A stretch of DNA of 32,669 bases, taken from NCBI GenBank assembly GCA_000826855.1, contig JTLS01000090.1:1-32669 (forward strand), given 5' to 3'. The position numbers and the translations under genes were made by a program. Shown here piece after piece: positions 11,564-22,555 of this stretch. How positions within the stretch are numbered: the stretch's first letter is position 1; each line of letters starts with the position of its first letter. The notes beneath the pieces are model-generated. The model worked only from the letters and a program-made list of their open reading frames with translations. It had not been told where the DNA came from and searched no databases. The DNA comes from Basidioascus undulatus. Its lineage: Eukaryota.

Positions 11564-12881
11564 GGCCGGCGATAGAACAGAAGAAAGAGCGTGAAGCTGA
11601 AGTGAGTGTGAAAGACGGTGCCAGACCGCTAGTAATGGGGCAATGAGAAAGAAGGCAGAGATGCCGAACGGGAGAAAGAAAGGAGAGAGAAGAGGGTGGG
11701 AGGTGTACATCTGCTCCGCATTATTGCCTAGTTATATGCCCAGATACATGGACCCTGCGTTTAGTGCTCAAGGAGAAGGAAGGAACGGGAGGCAATGCTG
11801 CAAGCACAAGGGAGACAAGGAGCGACGGAACAAAGGCCCGCTCACAGAACAGCTGTTAGGCACGTCAGGCGAAACTCTCCAAGCGAGCTTGGCGTTTTGT
11901 TGGGTATTCTGCATTCATTAATATCGGCTAATTTATAATTATAAGCATATTTTATATTTTATCCTTGAAATAGCAACGGAATAGACTAGGGCCAATTTCT
12001 TGATCAACGTTGGTCGCAGAACCGGAGGATGATCAGCCAACGGTAAGAACCTGCATGTCGACTTGTCGAGAGACGTGTAAGGAACGGGGACATCCAAAGC
12101 CCTTCGATTTTCCCTATAAAAGGTCGATGGACAGTACTTCAAATGCCGAGCGAGCAGAGATGGAAGTGGATGCGACGACTCGGACGCTTCGCGCACTTCA
12201 GCTTTGACGGTGCATGCACCACCAGTTCCAAGCCAGTTTTGTATATTCTATATTCCTGAGAACGACTATTTCAAACGCAGTGGGAAAGGGCCAGAAAAGG
12301 TCCGGGGATGCTTGCTGCCCTCGACGTTGTCACCTCTCCAACTCCGTCAAGTTTTCAAAGCAGCCGCTGCTTCGACCAAAGTCGCAGAGAGGCCCAAGAA
12401 CCAATTCAGACTTCAGACTTCTATTTTGGATGACCTGAAAGAGTCGAGGTAGCATCCGGCTTGGAGCGAACTCAGGTGAAGAAAGCGGTGGTAACACGGT
12501 CGCTGTGCCAGCTGTCCTAGGGCGACCCGAATAGGTAGATCACATAAGAGTGAATGTATCCGCGAAAGTGTCTTCAGAAGCGGCGGCTGGTGGTTGAAAT
12601 GACGTATTGCGGCGAGGATTCGTAAGGGCGCGGCCGTTCAGGTCCATGCCGTGGCTCCTTGTTGATCCCCAAGCCGAGCTTGGACACTTTGGGACACTGC
12701 TGATTATCTTTCATCACACGCTGTACACAACGAACGGTCGTTGTTTTGTCTTGCTTACATCGTCGTTGATAAAGACCAGACTGCCACAGAAGCTTGCGTC
12801 ACCGCGATGCGTCAGCCTCCACCTCTTCCTGGACAACGCTTGTTCGAAACGCGACGGAGGCTCTTGACCACGACTTTGTCT

Positions 12882-14165
12882 ATGCTTCGCAGCTTCCTCA
12901 CCCAAACAGCGCGCACTAACTCCCACGTACTGAAGAGAACCATGGCTACCGCAACGCAGACACAGCCGCGGGAGATCAAGGTGTACGTGCGAGAGCTGAG
13001 CATCCCTGTCAAGACGGCTTCCTGACACTGGTCGCCCACAGGGACATCGTCAGCGACAGCATTTGCCCATTCTGCTTTATCGGTGAGTTGTAGGCCATTA
13101 TGGAGGTGGGCTGTGTCTGAATTCGCGAGATTTATAGGCAAGCGAAAGCTCGACAAGGCGATTGAGCTCTCCAAGGAGAAGGGCCTGAATGTCAAGATCA
13201 GCCGCGAGTTCCACCCGTTCCTCCTCGACCCCACCCTCTCCCTGGACGAGTACGTCTTAAGCCTATTTAACGGCCTGGAGAATGGCCATTAACGCTTTCC
13301 CCCTTGCAGGCCGCAGGACAAGCGCTCTCGCTACGAGAGCAAGTTCGGCAAGGAGCGCTTCGCGTCCATGGAGCAGATGATGAAGGGCCGGGGCCGCGAG
13401 GTTGGCATCAACTTGTGCGTACAGTCAGCTTACACTGAGATGGAAATCGGCTGATCCCAGTATCTTGCAGCTTGTATGACGGTCCGGTCCGGCAGACTAC
13501 CGACTCGCACCGCTTGCTCGCGTACGCGTACGAGAAGGGCGGGGAGGACCTGCAGCTTGCGCTGGTCGAGAAGCTCTTCAATGGGTACGATCTATTTTTG
13601 TCCGGTTGAGCCTCGGTGGCTGATTCTGTTATTCCACACAGCTACTTCGAGCGCGAGCAAGGTGCGGCCTCTCCATCAAGCCGCTGCGAAGCTCGCGCTC
13701 GCCCTCGACCTTTCTTGCAGCCTTCTCACACAATGTCCACTGTTTGCAGATGTCGGCTCGCGCGAGTTCCTGTCAGAATCTGCCGTAGAGACTGGCGTGT
13801 TCCAGTCGACAGAGGAGACTCTCGCTTGGTTGGCAACGGACGCGAAGAAGGCGGAGGACGCACGGGGCATCCGGGATGCGCAGCTCAAGGGCATCTCTGG
13901 TGTCCCGTTCTTCATCCTCGACAACAAGTCCGTAGAGCATGTTCTCGCATCGCATCACTCGGTAGTGCTGACTGAGGCTCTGACCCGGCAGGTACGCCAT
14001 CTCTGGTGCGGAAGACCCAGAGCTGTTCCTTCAGGTAGGTTCATTTACCTTGTTTCGCTCAGAGACGCACAACTCTTGGCTCACAGACTATCCTTCTATC
14101 AGGTCTTCGAGAAGATTTCGAAGGGCGATGGCGTGGTTGCGAGCGGTGGTGGGGAGACGTGCTGA
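12882..14165 (+). CDS. DsbA/FrnE-like thioredoxin-fold oxidoreductase
   Basis: Spliced product ...EIKVDIVSDSICPFCFIGKRKLDKAI...FHPFLLDP...TTDSHRLLAYA...LFNGYFEREQDVG...[32 protein letters not shown]...ETC*. Has the CPFC active site and cis-Pro GVP loop. Start is either 12882 or 12942. Confidence 0.9.
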
Positions 14166-14687
14166 GCTGTTGGTGCTTGGCATCGACGTTGGCTTGCGTC
14201 CACCAGTGCCGTCTTCCCTGTCTGCACAGAGAGCACAGCACCTTCGTTCTGCGCCCATGAAGAACATAATAATTATTGAAAGGATCAAGAGATTCCAAAC
14301 CGTACTTAAGGTATGGGTTCAATTCCGACGTTCGATCCGACCGAGTTCCACTGCCAGTGCACAGCGACTGCAATCCTCGCCACTACCCTCGTTCTGTTGC
14401 CCCGCATCTCCCTGAACAGCGTCTTGGTATCATAAAATGAATGGTACACCAAGCAAGGCTGTGGAGGGCTGATTGAGAAAACACCTTCGAGGCGGTGCGA
14501 ATCGCCAAGGATAGACAGCTAGTGACTTCGGCAAGCCGGCAACGCTCGTCCCTCGGTCGAGTTGGTCCTCGGTCATAGCCCTTGTGTGCACGAACGTCGA
14601 AACCTGCCTTTGTACCATTATCACCCTCCATTCTCCGTAATCCCCACACTCTCTTCACCTACTACTCTTCGGGTAATTGCTACGAAA

Positions 14688-16207
14688 ATGTCATACCACG
14701 GCGGGTGCGTTCCTCACATCTTCAAGCACTGCGTTATCGGGCTTCGGAGCTCATCCGAGAGGGACCATTCATTCAGTTACGGCGGTCAACCTCCCCAGCA
14801 AGGCTACGCTCCCCAGCAGGGCTACGGCGGTGCTCCTCAGCAGGGCTACGGCCAAGAGCAGCAGTACAGGTCGGTCGGGAACCGCGGGTGGCACACTGGT
14901 CGAAAGCTGATGCGTGAGCGGATCGTTTGCCCAGGTACGGCGCGCCCCCGCCTCAGCAAGGGTACGGTACACCCCCGCCCCAGCAGGGATATGGCGCCCC
15001 TCCGCCTCAGCAGGGGTACGGCGCCCCCCCTCCCGAACAAGGATACGGCAACCGTCCCCCGCCGCCTCCCGGCGCGAACGTCGACCCGCAGATCCAACAA
15101 TGGTGCGTTCCAGGATTTCGATGCCTTGGGAATGGGAAGGAGACTCACGTTCGGCGCATCGGGCAGGTTCACGACCGTTGACAGGGATAGGTCGGGACGC
15201 ATCGTGAGTATCGCGCTCGCACGCTTTGGCTTCCGCAGGCTGAGCTTCCTCGTCCACACCAGAACGCCCAAGAGCTCCAGCAGGCTCTCGTCAACGGAGG
15301 TAGGTGACCTATCTTCGCTTTTGAGATAGATACGTAGCTCAATGGACAGATCAGACTACTCCAACTTTGACCTCGACACCATCAAGCTTCTGATGAACAT
15401 GTTCGACGTTGACCGGAGTGGTGAGTTGGCATTGATTCGATAAGCAAAGATATTTAGCTCATGACGTTCCACCGACCCAGGGACTATCACGATGGAGGTG
15501 CGTCTTTATTCCGAACTGATCGCGGTCGAATGTACTAACGCAGCTCTCCCACATTGCAGGAGTTCGCTGGCGTCTACAAGCAAGTTTCCATGGCACGCCT
15601 ATCCTGGTGCGCGGTAGCTGACCCTCGTGTTTCGTATCAGGTACATCAAAGACTGGCAAGGTGTCTTTGCGCACTTCGACCGCGACCGCTCCGGCTCGAT
15701 CGACGGCCAAGAGCTCTCGAACGCGCTCGCCCAGTTCGGCTACCGCGTGTCGCCCCAGACTCTCCGGGTACTCGAGGAGAAGTATGGCAAGTCCTTGCTC
15801 CTCGCTCGATCCTGCGCTTCTGCTCGAAAGGTGGCGAAGAGGAGTGTTCTGATGAAATTTGGCTGAAGCGCCACCAGTTGAAGCAGGCAACCCCAATTTC
15901 AGTAGGCCCGCGTATGGCGGTCGGGCGGCGTTCGTGGGCATCAGCTTCGACCGGTTCGTTCTCCTGTAGGTACGGGTGCGCGAAAGAATGCGAACTGATG
16001 CAGGAGCGATGCTGCGTAGGTTCGTTCGCTGCTGTGTCGCAGTGAAGAGCTTGTCGGAGACCTTCCAGCGGCTGGACACGGACCGCGATGGACGCATCAC
16101 ACTCGACTACGAGGGCTTTCTGCAGACGTATGTCGTCCTTTCCCCGTTTGTCCCCGGTTTAAACTGATGACATGTCCCCAAACTACAGCGCTCTCTCGGC
16201 ACCGTGA
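14688..16207 (+). CDS. PEF1: Peflin / penta-EF-hand calcium-binding protein
   Basis: G/P/Q/Y-rich N-terminus, then WFTTVDRDRSGRINAQELQQALVNG, FDLDTIKLLMNMFDVDRSGTITMEEFAGVYKYIKDWQGVFAHFDRDRSGSIDGQEL, ISFDRFVRCCVAVKSLSETFQRLDTDRDGRITLDYEGFLQTALSAP*. Confidence 0.93.
14936..15049 (+). repeat. Coding 27-bp tandem repeat (YG[A/T]PPP[Q/E]QG x4) in the peflin N-terminus
   Basis: YGAPPPQQG YGTPPPQQG YGAPPPQQG YGAPPPEQG YG read directly from the sequence. Confidence 0.9.
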
Positions 16208-17523
16208 ATCAGGGGCGTCCGGCGGGAGAGGGGCCGGCTTCAAAGACTTTATAATGTACACACACTTCTTTACGAATACCCGTTCATTTGCCAGATCTTG
16301 TCGTGGCTGCTTTTGCCGGCTTGTAGAGCAAGGCGTCTCCCGACGGCTCAACGCGCTGTGCCGTTCACGATCCACGAAGCGCTCCACGAAACGCGCCATC
16401 TTGGTATTCCTCACTCTCGAGGAGGGCAGTTGATCCATTCATTCGATGACAAGGCACTCTATCAGTTCACAACCTCCCTGTGTTGTGGGTCTACTACGAA
16501 GGCTGCATGACCCGGCGCCTCAGCGCCAAGCAACGCACCTGTCATGAGGCTTCCTTACCTGACTGCACACCTTCAGGTAGCCTCTGTCACGCAGTAGTCT
16601 TGAGTTACATGTCACATAATTGACGAGGAACAGCCAATGGCACTGCTCAAGAGGACGCACAGTGCATGGGCGTCGGGAGTGGGTCCAGAGGGACCTTCGA
16701 TGGCGCGTCGTCCCCGTTACCAGGCAGGCTCTACTTAACACTATTGTATATTATACTTTGTAGGAAAGGGAACATACATATAATAGTAAATAAGGCGCCG
16801 CCTCGAGAGAAGCGACAGTGCATCAGGCCTTATCAATCCTTATCAACCACTGCGAGTAAGCTTTCGCAGAGTCGAGATCGCTGTTGCGGCGTGTTGTCTC
16901 TGTTCCACCGCCACCGCCAAAATGCACAGGTTGCTAGTGAATGCCATCGTAGCATGCTATTTTGAGCGCATCTTCCCAGCTTCTATCATTGACGGGCGTC
17001 TGTCACGGAGGTATTGGCACCAAGACCTCGATCAGACGATCTACTTGTGCCACAATGCAAGAGCGCGTTGAGGGAAAGCTCCTGAGCCGCTCCATCGCGT
17101 TCGTCAACTCGTTTCTAGCTATGTGACGGGGAACCTTAATTTTTTCGCTGCACGTTAACGTGAGTGGATCCTCGTGGCAAGGACTTGCGTGAAAGACACG
17201 ATGGCCGTTTATGCGATAGTTCACCAAACACTGTGACGCCTGGTGGGTAACACGCAGCCGCAACGCATCGCTCATGTTGTACTGCTGCATCCATCAATCC
17301 CAGTGGACATACCGATTGGCACTATTTGTGGCGCTCTTGAACGCGCGCTAGTTCAGAATCTCCGGGAGGAGACATGAACTTCGAGGACGCCCGCTCACGA
17401 GGACGTCTTCTCCATGGCAGCCGGGATGAGCCCCTCTCACAGCATAAAAGGCGGGCCAGATGCACCTCTTTCTCCCACCATTCTTCATCGAACAGCATCC
17501 CGACAAAAGTCTCTCACTCCACT

Positions 17524-19252
17524 ATGCGGCTCCTCTCGTCTTCCTTTGCGGTCCTCGCTCTGCTCGGCTTCACGCTTGCACTGCCGCTTTCCACCGACGG
17601 CAACTACATCATCACGCTCAAGAACGACGTTGACGCCCACTCTCACCGTCATAAGCTGGAAAATCTCCTGGTCATGGTTGCTGGCTCGAAGCTCAAGTAT
17701 CGGTATAGGTGCGTCTTGTGCTCCGCGACCGCTTGCAGCTAGGCAGTGCTCCGTTTCACTGACACTGGATCTGCCGCAGCGGTGACGCGTTCAACGGATA
17801 CCCGGCAAGTACCCTAGCCAGGTAAGGCTCCTAGAATAATTCCAGAACGGCGAATTATGTTTGACCGTCGCCTGTCGAGTAGCTTCTCAAGCTGTTGCAA
17901 GGCACGCTCAGCGGCGACCTCGTCTCGATTGAGCCGCACACTCCCGTGCATTCGAGCAGCCCCATGACGAAGAACAACGGTGAGTGCTTCATAGCAGATA
18001 AACTCCTTATAATGTATGTCTGACAGTATAAAATTCACAGGAACCTGGGGCATGCATCGTCTCGCCAGCCGCGCGCCAGTCACCGATGAAAGCCAGCAGT
18101 ACAGGATGGACTGGGAGTACACGTACGACTCCACTGCAGGGCAAGGCGTAGATGTGTACGTTATCGACACCGGCTTTGAGGTAGGAATGGGGATTATGGT
18201 TATCCATACGCTTAACCCATACTGACGACGAATGACTGCGCAGAATTCGCACACCAAGTTTGGCCGGCGGGCACGATACGGTTGGTACGCGTCTGCGTTT
18301 ACCAATGCCGACGATGAGAACGGGTGGAGTCTTGGCTATCGTACTCTACGTAATTTTTCATTCTGAATCAATGAATTCGAATAGCGATTGGCACGGTGCC
18401 CACGTTTCTGGCATGGTGACGACGTGGGAGTTGTGCCTGTGAGCGATGTTCTTTGGCCTCATGCGTACTGACTCATCTGACGTTGTACAGAAAGCGACCA
18501 TCATCTCCGTCCGAGATCTCGACGCGAACGGTAGCGGATTAATGTCCGACGTGATCGCGGGTCTCGACTGGGCCACCTCGCAAGCCAAGGCCAGCCGCCG
18601 ACCCTCCGTCGTCAACATGTCCTCGAGGGAAGCTACCCTTGCTCGTTGGACTCCGCCGTCGCAAAGGCCACTTCCGCGGGGGTGGTTGTGGTTGCCGTGG
18701 CCGGCAAGTCCAACGCAGATGCTTGCCAGTCCTCGCCCGCCGGAGCGAGCAACGCCATTACCGTCGCTGCGTCGAAAGTGAATGATGTGAGGGCGGGCTT
18801 CTCCAACTGGGGCTCTTTTATGAACGTCGGGCGTTTTTAATTTTCTTGTCTTTCATATGTGCTTGACGCTCACGAAGTACTTTCACAGTTCGCTCCCGGT
18901 GTCAACATCATCTCTCATCACTGAGTAAGTCGTTGCTTTCCGGGACCTTTTGTTTGGAGTTCGTATTTTTACCTTCTACATGACTTCCGCAGCGCCCAAC
19001 CCCTCGCCTTGGCCACCGGAACGTCGATGGCTTCGCCTCACGTCGCTGGTGTTGCTGCCTTGCTCCTGTCAAAGGAAGGGTGAGTTTGGAGTCCCTCCAA
19101 TGGGCCGCTACACCTTCTGATATGTCGCTCTCGCTCTCTACAGGAAGCGAACCCCTTCCGCTCGTGCGGCTCGTATTAGGGCGCTCGCGACCGCGGATGT
19201 TATTTCGGACGTTCAAGGCAGCCCCAACTACCTGGTGTTCAACGGAAATTGA
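17524..19252 (+). pseudogene. Second S8 subtilase, disrupted
   Basis: Signal peptide MRLLSSSFAVLALLGFTLALP, I9 NYIITLK, GQGVDVYVIDTG, HGAHVSG, TGTSMASPHVAG, SPNYLVFNGN*. Lesions: 1-nt losses near 17801 (GY[A]GK) and 18621 (NMS[L]), the TIGGxxYGVA segment after the His motif is unrecognisable, oxyanion AGN is AGK (18703-18708), and the donor at 18829 is GG instead of GT. Confidence 0.85.
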
Positions 19253-20073
19253 TCTTGTTCGTGTGGGAGAATGCGTACTTGGATACGGAAGAAAGAATAC
19301 ATATACTGCTATGGGCTTTGTTGCTTAACCCTCCGCGACTCGCCTTGGGAAAAGGAATGCGTGTGTGCTTTCATGCTGTACAGGCTGTATCAGTGCCCTC
19401 ATGCCGAGCTGTGTGCTGCGCTCTGTGAGACTGCTCATTGAATCACCTGATGGACACTTTGCATCGGCTGATCTTATGGTGCCTACAACGCCTGAAACTG
19501 GCGGATCTCTCCCAGAACGAAGTAGAACATGAAGGGCATCGGGCATATTGATGGCTTCTATGCACATCAGCCGACTTTCATGAAGACAGTTCGTCGGATG
19601 AAGACATTTGTTGAACATGTCACTCTGCAGCATGTGTGTCCACGATCACTCGCCAGGCGCAACCGAGCGAAGATTTGAACACAAATTTGGGTGGTTCCAA
19701 CACAGTCAAGGAAGGATTAGTCCCACCACAGCTGAGGTAATACATACATTCCTCTACCGGAAATAGTAGTCTAGCAACTCATAAACTCGAGGGGCCGCAT
19801 AGGTATGCAGTTTGTAATTTCGCTGCGAAGCAATAAGAAGTCTGTCCGTGGGCGAACCGCGGTGCGCCGGAACCATCTCCTCGTGGAGCCAGCAGTCGTG
19901 ACTGCTCACCATCCTTGACCCACACTCATCGTTGTAACATCGAGCACTCACCATTAACCATATCCACGTACTTACCCGCGTACTGCTTGACCCGCTCGCT
20001 CACCGACTGAGCCGTGCACTCGATCATCGTCGATCTTCTTGAACCTACCGTGCCTCTTCGCGCGATCGACACG

Positions 20074-21676
20074 ATGTCAAACTCCTCAACATCGTACTAT
20101 GATGATTTCCTTTCGAAGATCTCGTCGCAAGCACCATGGCCCGCCGACAAAGAGCGGGTCAGTCTCACCTTGATCTTCCCCGTCATCTCCCTTGTAGGTT
20201 CCGCAGACTCACGCGCGATTGCCGTTAGGCGATCCTCGAACCCTTCGTGCACATCACTTCGACGCCCGGCAAGGAGATCCGCACGCGCCTGATAGACGCG
20301 TTCAATGTGTGGCTACGCGTGCCCGAGGAGGATCTGGCCGTCATCAGACGTGTAGTGAACAAGCTGCATTCGGCTAGTCTGCTGTGCGTCGCTTCGTCTC
20401 CCGCAGACTCGTCTTTCGATCTGCCGCGTTTGCTTATCACGAGATGCGGAAGATAGGATGGACGATGTGGAGGACGACTCGGAGCTCAGAAGAGGGATCC
20501 CTGGTTCGTGCACTTGACCTCTCCCGTCGCAGGCGTGACTGCCCAGCTCATGCACGCGCTCTCCCGCGAAGTTGCGCACAAAATCTACGGCGTCCCGCAA
20601 ACTATCAACACCGCAAACTACGTCTACTTCCAGGCTTTCCAGGAGCTCTTCCTCCTCCGACCGCAGAGCAGCGCGACCGCGGCCGGCGAGCCTCTCGACC
20701 GGATCGTGAACGGTAAGAAACTTGGCTATGGCGTCTGTATGCTATTTGGAGAAGGCGAAAGCAAACGCTGACAGGAGGACAAGACGAGCTCTTGAACCTG
20801 CATCGCGGGCAGGGGATGGACCTGTTCTGGAGGGATAACTTGATATGCCCGACCGAGGAGGAGTACATCGAGATGGTCAATAATAGTGCGTTCCAGAGCC
20901 CCTCGCCGAAGATCCGTTCCTTGCTGTGAACTGATCAGGACATTGGGACGGTCCACAGAGACCGGAGGACTTTTTCGCCTCGCTGTTAAACTCATGATGG
21001 CGAAGTCGAGCTCGACAGTGTAGGTCCCCGTTCAGTTTCCGCTTGTCCCCTCCTCTCTTGCCAAGGTCGGTCTGACTTCTCAATGCAGTGACTATGTTCC
21101 TCTCGTCAACATCATCGGCGTGCTCTTCCAGATCCGGGATGACTACATGAACCTGCAATCTACGGAGGTGCGTCGTTCATGCTCTTTGCCTTCGGACTTC
21201 CCAGCCCCTTGCTTCTCACACATATCCACACTCTGCTCACACGGGCCTGGATAACAGTACTCCCACAACAAGGGCTTCGCAGAAGACCTGACCGAGGGCA
21301 AGTTCTCCTTCCCTATCGTGCACGGCATCCGCGCGGACCCGTCCAATCGCCAGATCCTCAGTTCGTCCTTCTTATTCCCTCTCTCTTCCCTTCCACTTTC
21401 CCCCACATTGTCTGATCCCTCCCCTTTTCTCTTCCCCTTCGCACACTCCGTCCCGCAGACGTCCTGAAGCAGCGCCCGACGTCCGACGACCTGAAGCGGT
21501 ACATCATCGGGTACCTGCGGGAGAAGACGGGGTCGTTCGAGTACACGATTGAGGTGATGGATAAGCTGCGGCGTCAGGCGCTGGAGGAGGTGCGGGGGCT
21601 GGGCGGAAACGAGGCGCTCGAGCGGATATTGGGTGCGCTGGAGGTCAAGAGGGAGGAGGGGGAGAGTGGGAGATGA
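20074..21676 (+). CDS. BTS1: Geranylgeranyl diphosphate synthase (fungal type III)
   Basis: [42 protein letters not shown] (first Asp-rich motif), [48 protein letters not shown] (second Asp-rich motif), [16 protein letters not shown]. Stop at 21674-21676. Confidence 0.95.
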
Positions 21677-22555
21677 GGCAGGAGGGAAAGAAGGGGCGGT
21701 GGGTTGAGGGGCGAGTGTTGGGGTTACGCATCATTAGTATTTGATTCGTATGGGATGGTCCGCGTATGGGAGAAAAGTCGTGCATGGCGATCAGTGAGGC
21801 TCCGGTGGAATCGAGGTCCTCCAAGCGAACGTCTTGCATCTATGCCAGTATGGCATAACAGGTACGCGATCCTGTCATTTCTCATTTATCCAGGTATTCA
21901 GGGTCGACTTTGTGGTTAAACAAGCAATTGGAAGCAGATGTACTCTGGGGTTCCGCTGAAATGTCAACCCGCGTAGGGAGGCTGCGTGTAAGCGTGGCCT
22001 CACCTTTTGATCCCTCGCCTGATATTCTATGGGACACCGTTACCGATTTACAGGAAACCGCTTCATAAGCTGGTGCTGAGTGTTTCGTTCACAGAGTCCG
22101 TCAATCCACGTTGCACTGTGTTCAACGCAGATCGCCGCCGCGCCCCCGAGCGTCTTCCTCTCACCGCTTTTAATAACATGTGGATGACGAGATTTTTAGC
22201 GCAAAAGTTCCTTGAAGCAGGGATTGTGACAGATCCTTCGTCGACTGGGTCGTGTGAGTGCAGGCAGGCTCCGCTGCGACCCCTTTCTCGCCTATCCGAG
22301 ACCCTCGTCCTTCGCAATTCAGCCCAGGCACCCCCATCGCCAGGCCGCTCAGCGTGACCACCCGCGTCTTCCTTCCGGCCGACCACCATCTTCTTTTCGT
22401 CGTCGCCTATACGCCCTAATATTCTCTGTTCTCGTGTCGCCAGCGGTGTCCTCAGAGCCTTACACACCTGGCTGTGAGGAGCATTCCTCACCGTTTCGTT
22501 TCAGTCCAGCCCAGCATGGCTGACTTCTCCCGGGCTCGATAGATACCACCGCGAG

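Noticed and set aside
14316..14326. B-box-like GGTTCAATTCC
   Set aside because: No A box or cloverleaf pairing around it.
14936..15049. 27-bp tandem repeats as a CRISPR-like array
   Set aside because: No spacers. The repeats are in-frame coding repeats typical of the peflin N-terminus in a eukaryotic gene.
22516..22542. Tiny uORF MADFSRAR* before the HSF-like ATG
   Set aside because: CTGAC...TAG is more simply the branch point and acceptor of a 5'-UTR intron.
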